A stretch of DNA of 64,000 nt, taken from NCBI GenBank assembly GCA_963825905.1, contig CAWGUL010000009.1:33687-97686 (forward strand), written 5' to 3'. This document shows, one piece after another, positions 39,051-49,529 of the stretch. The notes below the pieces were generated by a model, which was not told the origin of the DNA, made no database searches, and worked only from the letters and a program-made list of their open reading frames with translations. The stretch's first letter is position 1. Every line of letters begins with the position of its first letter. This stretch comes from an uncultured Chloroflexia bacterium. GTDB taxonomy: Bacteria > Chloroflexota > Limnocylindria > QHBO01. Made by a program: the position numbers and the translations under genes.

Positions 39051-40295
39051 ATGCCGAACCGCCCGACCTCCATCACCGAGCGCCACGTGCTCACCGTCGG
39101 ATTGGCGGCGGCCGCGGCGTTCGTCGTGGCCGCGCTCGTGGCGGCCGCCACGGCACTCAGCAGCGGCGGTCCAACATGGGCCGCGCTGCACCTGGCGCTC
39201 GCCGGTGGGGCGGTGGTCGCCATCGGTACGTTTATGCCGCACTTCGCGGTCACGCTCGCCGGGACGCGACCTGCGCCGCCGCCGCAGCGTCTCGCCGCCC
39301 TGGGACTCCTCAGTGCCGGCGCGATCTCGGCGGTCTGGGGGGTCAGCGGTCCGGCACCGTGGCTGGCCGGGATGGGCGCGGCTGCCGTCATCGGCGGCCT
39401 GGCGATGGTCGTCTCGCAGGTCGTGGCGCCGCTCCGCGAGCCACTCGCACGGCGCCATCCGATCGTGTCGGCCGCCTACGGCATCGCGCTCGCCGAGCTG
39501 GCGTGCGGCGTGGTGCTCGGCGGCCTCGTCGCCATCGGCTGGCCGCCGGTCGTCGGGGCGTGGGCATCGCTCCGCCCGGCGCACGCGTGGCTGAACCTCT
39601 TCGGCGCGGTGTCGCTGACGATCTTCGCGACGCTCGTCTATCTCGCACCGACGGTGCTGGGCGCCCGGATTCGGGCATCGCGGGCGATGGTCGTGGCCAC
39701 CGTCGGGCTCGTCGCCGGACCGCTGGTGGCGGCGCTCGGATTCGCTGTCGACGCGAGGGCGGTCGCGATCGCCGGGGCGGCGGTCACCACGGCCGGAGCC
39801 ACGGGGCAGCTTGCCTACCTGGCCGACACCTGGCTGCGACGAGGGCCGTACACGAGCGAGCACGACTGGCGACGGGTGGCGGTGTGGCACCTTGGTCTCG
39901 GGGCGGCATGGTTCTGGCTGGCGCTGGTCGCCGTGCTGGTGGCGCTCGGCACTGGCGGCGAGCTGGCAGGGTGGGAGCTCGGCACGCTGGCGGTGCCGAT
40001 GGTCAGCGGCTGGATGCTCCAGGAGCTCGTCGGCTCGTGGACCCACCTCGTGCCGTCGGTCACGCCGGGGGACGCCGCGCGGCATGCCGCCCAGCGACGC
40101 GTCCTGGCCGCGGGCGGCCGTCTGCGGCTGGTGGCATGGAACGCCGGTGTCGCCGCACTCTGGCTCGGGGTGCTGGTCGCGTGGCCGGCGGCCTCGCTGC
40201 TCGGCGCCGTCCTGCTGGCGGGCGCCGCACTCCTGTCGGTTGCGCTCCTCGCTTGGAGCCTCGTCATGACGGCGCGCGGGCGGGCCGATTCCTGA
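39051..40295 (+). CDS. 12-TM membrane protein with three repeated His-bearing units (resembles copper-oxidase/NirK-associated or NnrS-like membrane domains)
   Basis: 'LHLALAGG..AIG.FMPHF', 'AHAWLNLFG.VSLTI..TL', 'GWMLQ.LVGSWTHLVP'. Confidence 0.65.
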   Translation: MPNRPTSITERHVLTVGLAAAAAFVVAALVAAATALSSGGPTWAALHLALAGGAVVAIGTFMPHFAVTLAGTRPAPPPQRLAALGLLSAGAISAVWGVSGPAPWLAGMGAAAVIGGLAMVVSQVVAPLREPLARRHPIVSAAYGIALAELACGVVLGGLVAIGWPPVVGAWASLRPAHAWLNLFGAVSLTIFATLVYLAPTVLGARIRASRAMVVATVGLVAGPLVAALGFAVDARAVAIAGAAVTTAGATGQLAYLADTWLRRGPYTSEHDWRRVAVWHLGLGAAWFWLALVAVLVALGTGGELAGWELGTLAVPMVSGWMLQELVGSWTHLVPSVTPGDAARHAAQRRVLAAGGRLRLVAWNAGVAALWLGVLVAWPAASLLGAVLLAGAALLSVALLAWSLVMTARGRADS

Positions 40296-40352
40296 CAGAG
40301 ATTGGCATGGATCGGTGCGACCATGCCTGCCCCGATAGACTGAGCCCCCACC

Positions 40353-43300
40353 GTGTCCCGATCTGCGACGCCACCGCCGCTGGCGCCCTTCTCCGCCCCG
40401 ACCCGCGAGTGGTTCGCCGAGACCTTCGCGGCGGCGACCGATGCCCAGGCGCGCGGGTGGGTCGCCATCGCCGCGGGCCGCGATACGCTGATCCACGCGC
40501 CGACCGGCAGCGGCAAGACACTCGCCGCGTTCCTGTGGTGCGTGGACCAGCTGTTAACTCACCCCCGTCAGGGAAGCGGCACCCGGGTCCTCTACATCAG
40601 CCCGCTGAAGGCGCTCACCTACGACGTGGAGCGCAACCTCCGCGCCCCGCTGGCGGGGATCCGCCGCGTGGCGGAGCGCGAAGGTGTCGACCTCCCGGAG
40701 GTGCGGATCGCATCACGAACCGGCGACACGCCGGCCGACGCGCGACGCCAGCTGGCCAAGGATCCGCCGGACATCCTCGTCACCACCCCGGAGAGCCTCT
40801 ACCTGCTCCTGACCTCGCAGGCGCGCGACATTCTCCGCGGCGTCGAGCACGTCATCGTCGACGAGGTCCACGCCATGGCCGGCACCAAGCGCGGCGCGCA
40901 CCTCGCCCTGTCGCTCGAGCGCCTCGATGCGTTGGTCACCGGCGAGCCGGCACCCGGCGGCTTCGCGCCGCCGACCGGGCGTCGTGCGCCGCAACGGATC
41001 GGGCTGTCCGCCACCCAGCGGCCGCTCGAGCGGATCGCCGCCTTCCTCGGCGGGGCCGGGCACGTGGTCGAGGTCATCGACGCCGGGACGCGGAAGGCGC
41101 TCGAGATCGAGGTCATCGTCCCGGTCGACGACATGGCCCGCATGGGCGAGGCGCTCGACGTGGATGAGGCACCGGGCGGGCCGGCCGCCGGACCCGAAGC
41201 GCGGCGCAGCATCTGGCCCTCGATCCATCCGCGGCTGCTCGAGCTGATCCGGGCGCATCGGTCCACCCTGATCTTCGTCAACTCGCGGCGCCTGGCCGAG
41301 CGCCTGGCCGCGCGGCTGAACGAGCTGGCCGGCGAGGAGCTCGTGCGAGCCCACCACGGCAGCATCGCCCGCGAGCAGCGGCTCGAGATCGAGGAGGCGC
41401 TGAAAGCCGGGAGGTTGCCGGCCCTCGTCGCCACCAGCAGCCTCGAGCTCGGGATCGACATGGGCGCGATCGACCTCGTCGTGCAGGTCGAGGCGCCGCC
41501 ATCGGTCGCGTCGGGCCTCCAGCGCATCGGTCGCGCCGGGCACCAGGTGGGGGAGGCGAGCCGCGGCAAGATCTTCCCGAAGTACCGCGGCGACCTCCTC
41601 GAGGCGGCCGTGATCGTGCCGCGCATGGAGGCGGGGCAGATCGAGGAGACGCGGATCCCGCGCACGCCGCTCGACGTGCTGGCGCAGCAGGTCGTCGCCA
41701 TCTGCTCGCAGGAGGCGTGGACGGTGGAGTCGCTCCATGCCCTCGTGACGCGGGCCGAGAGCTACCGCGAGCTGTCACGCGAGCAGCTCGAGGGCGTGCT
41801 CGACATGCTCTCCGGCCGCTACCCGTCGGACGAGTTCGCGGAGCTGAAGCCGCGGATCGTCTGGGACCGCACCGCCGGAACGCTCCAGAGCCGGAACGAC
41901 GCGCGGGTCGTGGCCGTCACCTCAGGTGGCACGATCCCGGACCGTGGCCTCTACGGCGTCTTCCTCCCGGACGGTGACGGGAAGGGCGGCCGGCGCGTCG
42001 GCGAGCTCGACGAGGAGATGGTCTACGAGTCGCGGGTCGGCGAGGTGTTCCTCCTCGGCGCCAGCTCGTGGCGCATCGAGGAGATCCGGCACGACCGCGT
42101 CATCGTGACGCCCGCGCCCGGCGAGCCCGGGAAGATGCCGTTCTGGCATGGCGACCTCGTGGGACGTCCGATCGAGCTCGGCCGCGCGATCGGCGCGACG
42201 GTGCGCGAGCTCGAGACCATGCCGTCGGCCGCTGCCGAAAGGAGGCTGAGAGACGACCATCGGCTCGACGAGCTGGCGGCGCGCAACCTCGTCCAGTACC
42301 TGGCCGACCAGCGCGAGGCGACCGGGGTCCTGCCGACCGACCGCACCCTCGTGCTCGAACGCTTCCGCGACGAGCTCGGCGACTGGCGGGTGTGCCTGCT
42401 CACGCCGTTCGGCGGTCGCGTCCACGCGCCCTGGGCGATGGCGATTGAAGCGCGCCTTGCGGAACGCGGCCTGGACGCGCAGACGATCTGGACCGATGAC
42501 GGCATCGCCGTGCGGCTGCCCGAGGCCGACGCGACGCCGGCCGAGGAAACGCTGCTGCTGGACCCGGACGAGATCGAGGACGTCCTGACCGGCGCGCTCG
42601 GCTCGTCAGCCCTGTTCGCGGCCCGCTTCCGGGAGAACGCCGCCCGCGCCCTCCTGCTCCCGCGGCGCCGGCCCGGGCAGCGGACGCCGCTCTGGATGCA
42701 GCGTCAGCGCTCGGCCGACCTCCTCGGCGTGGCAAGCCGCTATGGATCGTTCCCGATCCTGCTCGAGACGTACCGCGAGATCCTGCGCGACGTCTTCGAT
42801 TTGCCCGCCCTGCGGGAGGTGCTGGGCGGCATCCGCTCGCGGCAGCTGCGCGTGGTGAGCGTCGAGACGCGGTCGGCGTCGCCATTCGCCCAGGGGCTCG
42901 TCTTCGACTACGTGGCCTCGTATCTGTACGAGGGGGACGCTCCCCTCGCCGAGCGACGCGCGCAGGCGCTCACCCTCGATCGCGAGCTCCTTGCCGAGCT
43001 GCTCGGGACCGATGAGCTGCGCGAGCTCCTCGACCCGGAGGCGATCAGCTCGCTCGAGCTCGAGCTGCAGTGGCTCGCGGAGGGCCGGCAGGCGAGGACG
43101 ACCGACGCGATCCACGACCTCCTTCGCCGCGTCGGCGACCTCGATCCGGGCGAGGTCGCGGCGCGCGCCGTGCCGGAACTCGACGTTCCCGTCGCGCTCC
43201 ACGCGCTCGAGGGCTCGCGCCGCGCGGTCCCGCTCCGCGTCGCGGGCGAGGAGCGATGGGTCGCGATCGAGGACGTCGCCCGGTACCGCGACGCGCTCGG

Positions 43301-44852
43301 CGCCAGCCCGCCACGCGGCGTGCCGGAGACCCTGCTCGCGCCGAGCGTCGCGCCGCTGGCGGGCCTGCTCCAGCGGTGGGCGCGGACCCACGCGCCGTTC
43401 ACGGCCGCAGCGCCCGCTGCGCGCTGGGGCCTGTCGCCCACGGCGGTGGCCGAGGCGCTGGCGCCGCTCGTCGCCGATGGGCGCCTCCTCGAGGGTGCCT
43501 TCCGGCCCGGTGCCTCCGACCACGAGTACGCCGACCCCGACGTGGTGCGCGCGCTTCGACGCCGGTCGCTGGCGCGGCTGCGGCGCGAGATCGAGCCGGT
43601 GCCGGCGGAGGCGCTCGCGCGCTTCCTGCCGACCTGGCAGGGAATCGGCTCGCTCGCCGGCGGCCTCGACCGGCTGCTCGAGGTGGTGACCCAGCTCGAG
43701 GGCGCACCGATGCCGGCCAGCATCCTCGAGCGCGACGTGCTGCGGGCGCGCGTCCGAGACTACGCACCCCGCCTGCTCGACGAGCTCGGTGCCGCCGGCG
43801 AGGTGGTGTGGGTCGGGCGCGGCTCGCTGAACCGCGATGACGGCCGCATCGCGCTCTATCGTCGGGATCGGGCGGAGCTCCTCGCCTCGGCGGGCGCGTT
43901 CGAGGGCCAGGAGCGGCCGGACAGCGACATCCACGAGGCCCTGCGTGCGCACCTCGCGCGACGCGGCGCCAGCTTCTACGCCCAGCTCCGCGCCGCCGCG
44001 CCGAGCGCCCGCAACGACGACGACCTGCTCGACGCGCTCTGGGATCTCGTCTGGGCCGGCGAGGTGACGAACGACACCTTCTCGCCGCTCCGCGCGCTCA
44101 CCCTGCCGCGCTCACGGTCGCGCGCTCGACCGCGGCCCGGCCGCCTGACCTCGCTGGGGCCGCCGCGTGCCGCGGGGCGGTGGTCGCTCGTCGCGGACCT
44201 CGTGGGCGAGTCGCGGACGCCCACCGAGCGCGGGCACGCGACGGCGGTTGCGCTGCTCGAGCGCCACGGCGTCCTGACCCGCGAGGCGGTGCTGGCCGAG
44301 AACGTCGTCGGCGGGTTCGCATCGGTCTACCCGGTGCTGCGCGCGATGGAGGAATCGGGACGCGCGCGGCGCGGCTATTTCGTGGACGGCCTCGGGGCGG
44401 CGCAGTTCGCGCTGCCGGGCGCGGTCGACCGGCTGCGCGCGTCCCGCGACGGCGGAAACGATGAGGGCCCCGCGGTCCACCTCCTGGCGGCGGCAGACCC
44501 GGCACAGCCATATGGTGCAGCGCTCGCCTGGCCGCGGCGCAACGAGGTCGAGCGACTGCCGCTTCAGCGGGCGGCAGGCGCCTACGTGGTGTCGGTCGAC
44601 GGCGTCGCCGTCCTCTATCTCGAGCGCGGTGGGAAGTCGCTCCTCACCCTGCCGGCGGGTGACGATCCCGAGCTGGCCACCCTGGCGGTGGCGGCGCTGC
44701 CGGACCTCGTGCAGCCGCGTGGGCCACTTCGCGAGCTGGCGTTCGAGCGCGTCGACCGCGTCCCACCGGCCGAGTCGGGGCTTGCCGACGCGCTGCGCGG
44801 CGTGGGCTTCCGCCCGTCGTACCGGGCGTGGGTGCTGAGGCTGCGGCCCTGA
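40353..44852 (+). CDS. lhr: Lhr ATP-dependent helicase (full length)
   Basis: APTGSGKT, DEVH, GLSAT, HHGS, SSLELGID, QRIGRAGH, GGTIPD. 1499 aa with C-terminal 'RRGYFVDGLGAAQFA'. Confidence 0.95.
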   Translation: MSRSATPPPLAPFSAPTREWFAETFAAATDAQARGWVAIAAGRDTLIHAPTGSGKTLAAFLWCVDQLLTHPRQGSGTRVLYISPLKALTYDVERNLRAPLAGIRRVAEREGVDLPEVRIASRTGDTPADARRQLAKDPPDILVTTPESLYLLLTSQARDILRGVEHVIVDEVHAMAGTKRGAHLALSLERLDALVTGEPAPGGFAPPTGRRAPQRIGLSATQRPLERIAAFLGGAGHVVEVIDAGTRKALEIEVIVPVDDMARMGEALDVDEAPGGPAAGPEARRSIWPSIHPRLLELIRAHRSTLIFVNSRRLAERLAARLNELAGEELVRAHHGSIAREQRLEIEEALKAGRLPALVATSSLELGIDMGAIDLVVQVEAPPSVASGLQRIGRAGHQVGEASRGKIFPKYRGDLLEAAVIVPRMEAGQIEETRIPRTPLDVLAQQVVAICSQEAWTVESLHALVTRAESYRELSREQLEGVLDMLSGRYPSDEFAELKPRIVWDRTAGTLQSRNDARVVAVTSGGTIPDRGLYGVFLPDGDGKGGRRVGELDEEMVYESRVGEVFLLGASSWRIEEIRHDRVIVTPAPGEPGKMPFWHGDLVGRPIELGRAIGATVRELETMPSAAAERRLRDDHRLDELAARNLVQYLADQREATGVLPTDRTLVLERFRDELGDWRVCLLTPFGGRVHAPWAMAIEARLAERGLDAQTIWTDDGIAVRLPEADATPAEETLLLDPDEIEDVLTGALGSSALFAARFRENAARALLLPRRRPGQRTPLWMQRQRSADLLGVASRYGSFPILLETYREILRDVFDLPALREVLGGIRSRQLRVVSVETRSASPFAQGLVFDYVASYLYEGDAPLAERRAQALTLDRELLAELLGTDELRELLDPEAISSLELELQWLAEGRQARTTDAIHDLLRRVGDLDPGEVAARAVPELDVPVALHALEGSRRAVPLRVAGEERWVAIEDVARYRDALGASPPRGVPETLLAPSVAPLAGLLQRWARTHAPFTAAAPAARWGLSPTAVAEALAPLVADGRLLEGAFRPGASDHEYADPDVVRALRRRSLARLRREIEPVPAEALARFLPTWQGIGSLAGGLDRLLEVVTQLEGAPMPASILERDVLRARVRDYAPRLLDELGAAGEVVWVGRGSLNRDDGRIALYRRDRAELLASAGAFEGQERPDSDIHEALRAHLARRGASFYAQLRAAAPSARNDDDLLDALWDLVWAGEVTNDTFSPLRALTLPRSRSRARPRPGRLTSLGPPRAAGRWSLVADLVGESRTPTERGHATAVALLERHGVLTREAVLAENVVGGFASVYPVLRAMEESGRARRGYFVDGLGAAQFALPGAVDRLRASRDGGNDEGPAVHLLAAADPAQPYGAALAWPRRNEVERLPLQRAAGAYVVSVDGVAVLYLERGGKSLLTLPAGDDPELATLAVAALPDLVQPRGPLRELAFERVDRVPPAESGLADALRGVGFRPSYRAWVLRLRP

Positions 44853-44988
44853 GGCTGCCGCGTCGGCGTTCGCCGGACATAGAAACGTCCCGAAGGAACC
44901 ACGGGAACCGTTGATGCAATCTCCGGTTCCACGGACTCCTCCGGGACAAGAACCATCCTATGGGGCCGGTGCGCGGACGCACAACCCC
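44851..44988 (-). ncRNA. Candidate ~135-nt rod-shaped structured RNA
   Basis: Nested inverted repeats. Several A/C mismatches on the + strand become G-U pairs on the - strand. Confidence 0.4.
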
Positions 44989-45070
44989 ATTTCTCCACGA
45001 CTTGCCGGGCGGCCACCGAAGTTATCCACCGCCCGTCCACAGCGCCTCCCGGGGGCAAGGTGGGCGGCCC

Positions 45071-46579
45071 TCAGGCCAGCGTCACGCTCTCCTTGTACTC
45101 CGGCAGGTGCGGCTGCATCCCCATCGCGGTGATGCGGGTCGCGAATGCCTGCGCCGCGTCGGGGTCCCCGTGGACGACGAACACGGTCTTCGGCTCGGCG
45201 GCGGTGCCGGCCTCGGCAAAGTGCTTCAGCCATGCCTCAAGCTCGTGCTCGTCGGCGTGCGCGGAGAAGCCCGAGATCGACCGCACCCGGCAGCGCACGT
45301 CGACCTGCTCGCCGTCGATGCGCGCCGTCTTCGCCCCGCCCTGGATCGCGCGACCCAGGGTCCCCTCGCCCTGGTAGCCGATGAAGAGGAGCGTGCACGC
45401 GGGATCGGGGAGGAAGTCCTTGAGGTGATGCATGATCCGGCCGCCGGTGAGCATCCCCGAGGCGGCCACGACCATGATCGGTCGATTCTCGTATCGGATC
45501 GCCTTCGACTCCTCGACCGAGTCGGTGAACTGCTGGCCCGGGTACTTCAGCGGCGAGTCGCCGGCCTGCACCAGGGCGGTCGTCTCCTCGTCGTAGTCCT
45601 CGGGATGGCTTTCATAGACATGGGTCGCCTTCGAGGCCATCGGTGAGTCGAGGTACAGCGGCACGCGTGGGATGCGGCCGTCGCGGACGAGCTCGTCGAG
45701 GACCCAGATCAGCTCCTGGGTGCGGCCGATGGCGAAGGCCGGCACGAGGAGCACGCCGCGGTCGCTCGACACCTCCGACACGGCCGCCACGAGGTCGTTG
45801 ATCGCCTCGTCATGCGGGGCGTGCTCGCGGTTGCCGTATGTCGACTCGACGAGGACGTAATCGGCGTGGGTGAGCGGCGACGGGTCGCGGAGGATCGGCG
45901 ATCCGTTGCGCCCGAGGTCGCCGGAGAAGACAACGCTGCGCGCGTTCGGGCCGTCGGTCAGCCGCAGCTCGATGATCGCCGAGCCGAGGATGTGGCCCGC
46001 GTCGTGGAAGACGGCGGTCACGCCATCGGTCACGGCCAGCTCGGCGCCGTAGTCGACGCCGCGCATCTGCTGCACCGTCTGGTCGACGTCCGCCTCGTCG
46101 TAAATCGCCTCCCGCGTCATCGTGCGGCCCTCGGGTTGCGCTGCGCGCAGCCGGGCGGGCATCGCCTGGTCGTCCTCGACCGCGGCCTCCTCGCTCACGC
46201 CGGCGCCCGCGGCGGCGACCGCCTCCTCGGGGTGCTTGCGCTTCCAGCGGTTCGCAGCCTCGACCTGGAGCTTGGCCGAGTCGCGGAGCACGATCTCGGT
46301 GAGGTCGACAGTGCCGTGCGTGGCATGGATCGGTCCGCGGTAGCCCTGCTTCACGAGCTGGGGGATGCGGCCGCAGTGGTCGAGATGGGCGTGGGTGAGG
46401 AGGAGCGCGTGAACGGACCCCGGCTCGTAGGCGAACGGCAGCCGGTTGCGGGCGATCTCCTCCGGGCTGCCCTGGAACATCCCGCAGTCGACGAGGACCC
46501 GTCGCTCACCGACGGTCACGAGGAACTGCGAGCCGGTGACGGTACCAACCGCCCCGAGGAACTGGATCTGGATGCTCAT
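45071..46579 (-). CDS. MBL-fold beta-CASP ribonuclease
   Basis: FLGAVGTVTGS, THAHLDHCG, AGHILGS, FSGDLG, ESTYG, PAFAIGRTQE, GFSAHAD, VVHG. Confidence 0.93.
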   Translation of the reverse strand: MSIQIQFLGAVGTVTGSQFLVTVGERRVLVDCGMFQGSPEEIARNRLPFAYEPGSVHALLLTHAHLDHCGRIPQLVKQGYRGPIHATHGTVDLTEIVLRDSAKLQVEAANRWKRKHPEEAVAAAGAGVSEEAAVEDDQAMPARLRAAQPEGRTMTREAIYDEADVDQTVQQMRGVDYGAELAVTDGVTAVFHDAGHILGSAIIELRLTDGPNARSVVFSGDLGRNGSPILRDPSPLTHADYVLVESTYGNREHAPHDEAINDLVAAVSEVSSDRGVLLVPAFAIGRTQELIWVLDELVRDGRIPRVPLYLDSPMASKATHVYESHPEDYDEETTALVQAGDSPLKYPGQQFTDSVEESKAIRYENRPIMVVAASGMLTGGRIMHHLKDFLPDPACTLLFIGYQGEGTLGRAIQGGAKTARIDGEQVDVRCRVRSISGFSAHADEHELEAWLKHFAEAGTAAEPKTVFVVHGDPDAAQAFATRITAMGMQPHLPEYKESVTLA

Positions 46580-46629
46580 GGACCGATGATGAGGCAAGGC
46601 GTGTGCCGCCGCCGACCTATCATCCGTGC

Positions 46630-47724
46630 ATGCCCTTTCCGATCGAGCCGCCCATCGAGCCGATGCTCGCCAAGCCGACCCCGGCGATCCCCGACGCGCC
46701 GGGCTGGGTCTTCGAGCCGAAGTGGGACGGCTTCCGCGCCATCGTCTTCCGCGACGGTGACGAGCTGCTCATCCAATCCCGCGACCTCAAGCCGCTGAAC
46801 CGCTACTTCCCGGAGCTCGAGGCGCCGCTGCTGGCCGTCGGCGGTCATGCGGCGCGCTTCGTGCTCGACGGCGAGATCGTGATCGCGACGCCGGACGGAC
46901 GTCTGGACTTCGACGCGCTGCTGCTGCGCATCCACCCGGCCGAGTCGCGGGTCCGCATGCTCGCCGAGGCGAGCCCCGCGTCGTACGTGGCCTTCGACTG
47001 CCTCGCGGATGGCGCCGATGACCTCCGCGGCACTCCGTTCGCCGAGCGCCGCGCGCACCTGCGTTCCCTCATGACCGATCCGCCGGCATCGGTTCAGCTC
47101 ACGCCGTCGACGGAGGACCCGTCCGTCGCGCAGCGCTGGTTCGACGTGTTCGAGGGAGCCGGCCTCGACGGGGTGGTCGCAAAGCGTGCCGACGGACGCT
47201 ACCTGCCTGGCAAGCGCGAGATGGCGAAGATCAAGCACGCGCGCACCGCCGACTGCGTTGTCGCCGGGTTCCGCTGGCACAAGAACGGGCCGGGCACCCT
47301 CGTCGGCTCGCTCCTGCTGGGGCTGTGGAACGACGAGGGCAAGCTGCAGCACGTCGGGGTCACGTCGTCGTTCACGGCCTCAAGGCGTGCGGAGCTGGTC
47401 GAGCTGCTGGCGCCGTACCGCGACAACGCGGTCGACGGCCACCCGTGGGCCGAGTGGGCGGAGTGGCAGGCCTCCGCCGCCGCGGACGGCAGGCGCCTCC
47501 CCGGCGCCACCTCGCGCTGGAACCGTGGCAAGGACCTGTCCTGGGTCCCGGTGCGGCCGGAGCTCGTGTGCGAAGTGGCATTCGATCATCTCCAGGGCGA
47601 CCGATTCCGACACGCCGCCACGTTCGTCCGCTGGCGGCCGGACAAGGCGGTCGCCGACTGCCGCTACGACCAGCTCGACGAGACGCCGGCGGCGCTGCTG
47701 GCGGACCTCTTCGGCGGCCGCTGA
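46630..47724 (+). CDS. ligC: ATP-dependent DNA ligase LigC
   Basis: EPKWDGFR, LDGEIV, GLDGVVAK, KIKH.RTADCVVAG, RFRH...RWRPD. Leaderless start TATCAT-6nt-ATG. Confidence 0.9.
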   Translation: MPFPIEPPIEPMLAKPTPAIPDAPGWVFEPKWDGFRAIVFRDGDELLIQSRDLKPLNRYFPELEAPLLAVGGHAARFVLDGEIVIATPDGRLDFDALLLRIHPAESRVRMLAEASPASYVAFDCLADGADDLRGTPFAERRAHLRSLMTDPPASVQLTPSTEDPSVAQRWFDVFEGAGLDGVVAKRADGRYLPGKREMAKIKHARTADCVVAGFRWHKNGPGTLVGSLLLGLWNDEGKLQHVGVTSSFTASRRAELVELLAPYRDNAVDGHPWAEWAEWQASAAADGRRLPGATSRWNRGKDLSWVPVRPELVCEVAFDHLQGDRFRHAATFVRWRPDKAVADCRYDQLDETPAALLADLFGGR

Positions 47725-47834
47725 GGCGGGCGACTGGACCGCGCTGCCGCACGGCAACCGGTCTGCCCGGCAAGCGCGCGCGGCGTACACTCGACCTTCC
47801 CCGCGATCAAACCGCTAGAGAGGCCACGTCCGAA

Positions 47835-49529
47835 GTGCCCGTCGCCACCGATCCCAACGCCCTCGTCAACGACCTCGCCGACCGCTTCTGGGACGGCGTC
47901 CTGGAGCGCGACCCGATCACCGCCACCATCCTCGGCGACGACCGGTTCGACGATCGCCTGCCCGACATCGGGGCGGAGGGCCGCGCCGCCGACGAGGCCG
48001 CGTACCGCGCCGTCCTGGCCGAGGCGGAGTCGATCCCGGTCGACGAGCTGGAGACGGAGCAGGTCATCACCCGCGACCTGCTGCTGACGGTCGCCAACAA
48101 CAACCTGGAGGCGCTCGACGCACGCCTCTACCAGCTGGCGGTCGACCACATCGGCGGGGTCGCGACGCTGCCGGTGATGATCGCCCAGTACCAGCCGGCC
48201 GGGGATTCGGAGAAGCTCGGCCGGCTGCTCGCGCGCCTCGAGGCCTTCCCGACCCTTGTCGAGCAGCACATCGACACGCTGCGCGAGGGCCTGCGCGACG
48301 GGCGCACGAGCGCCGCCATCCCGGTGCGCCGGGCGATCGAGCAGATCGAGCGCATGCTCGCCGAGCCGGCCGCCAGCTCGCCGGTCGTCGGCATGGCGCA
48401 GGTCGCCGACGATGGGGCCCGCGACCGGGTGCAAGGCGCCGTGGAGCGGAGCATCACGCCTGCGCTCCAGCAGCTCCACGACTTCCTCGCCGACGAGTAC
48501 GAGGCGCACGCGCGCCAGGAGCCGGGCATCAGCGCCACGCCGAACGGCGACGCCGCCTATCGGCTCAGCATCCGGCTCCAGACGACGGTCGCCGCCACCG
48601 CGGAGGAGGTCCACGAGTTCGGCCTCGCCGACCTCGAGACGATCGAGGCGGAGAAGGACGAGATCGCGCATCGGCTCGGCCACGCCGATCGGTTCGCCCT
48701 CGCCGACGCGCTCCTGGCCGACCCCGCCAACCACACCGATGACCCGGCAAAGCTCATCGAGCTCGCCGTCGGCCAGACCGAGCGTGCCTACGCCGCCGCG
48801 CCGCGGTACTTCGGTCGGCTGCCGCGCGCGAACTGCGACGTGATGGCGGTGGAGGCGTACCGCGAGCAGGAGTCGCCACCGGCCTTCTACATGCCGCCGA
48901 CCCTCGACGGCTCGCGGCCCGGTCAGTACTACCTCAACACGTACCAGCCGTCGGAGCGGCAGCTCCACAAGATCGCCTCGATCACGTTCCACGAGGCGAC
49001 CCCGGGCCACCACTTCCAGATCGCGATCGAGCAGGAGCTCACCGGCCTCCCCGCCTTCCGCCGCCTCGGGGCGCGGATGGCGGGCGTCGCCTACGTCGAG
49101 GGCTGGGGCCTCTACACCGAGCGCCTCGCCGACGAGATGGGCCTCTACCTCTCCGACGAGGAGCGGCTGGGGATGCTCGACGCGCAGTCGTTCCGCGCCG
49201 CGCGCCTCGTCGTCGACTCCGGGCTCCACGCCTTCAACTGGTCGCGCGACCGCGCGATCACGTTCATGCACGAGCGCGGTTCGCTGCCGATGGTCGACGC
49301 CGCGATCGAGGTCGATCGCTACACGATCTGGCCGGGCCAGGCGCTGAGCTACAAGATGGGACAGCGCGAGATCGAGCGCGCACGGGCCGAGGTGTCGGCA
49401 CAGATGGGCGAGCGGTTCGATCTCCGCGCGTTCCACGACGAGGTGCTCGCGCACGGCACGCTGCCGCTGGCGACGCTGCGCCGGGAGATCCCGACCTGGG
49501 TGGAGGCGGCCGTCGCCGAGGGGCGGTGA
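47835..49529 (+). CDS. DUF885 family protein (putative metallopeptidase)
   Basis: HEATPGHHFQ, YVEGWGLYTE, RAARLVVDSGLH, EVDRY..WPGQALSYK.G. Confidence 0.88.
   Translation: MPVATDPNALVNDLADRFWDGVLERDPITATILGDDRFDDRLPDIGAEGRAADEAAYRAVLAEAESIPVDELETEQVITRDLLLTVANNNLEALDARLYQLAVDHIGGVATLPVMIAQYQPAGDSEKLGRLLARLEAFPTLVEQHIDTLREGLRDGRTSAAIPVRRAIEQIERMLAEPAASSPVVGMAQVADDGARDRVQGAVERSITPALQQLHDFLADEYEAHARQEPGISATPNGDAAYRLSIRLQTTVAATAEEVHEFGLADLETIEAEKDEIAHRLGHADRFALADALLADPANHTDDPAKLIELAVGQTERAYAAAPRYFGRLPRANCDVMAVEAYREQESPPAFYMPPTLDGSRPGQYYLNTYQPSERQLHKIASITFHEATPGHHFQIAIEQELTGLPAFRRLGARMAGVAYVEGWGLYTERLADEMGLYLSDEERLGMLDAQSFRAARLVVDSGLHAFNWSRDRAITFMHERGSLPMVDAAIEVDRYTIWPGQALSYKMGQREIERARAEVSAQMGERFDLRAFHDEVLAHGTLPLATLRREIPTWVEAAVAEGR

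Noticed and set aside
44851-44988. SRP RNA, tRNA or integron attC
   Set aside because: No SRP helix-8 motif, no cloverleaf, and no attC R-box ends or integrase.
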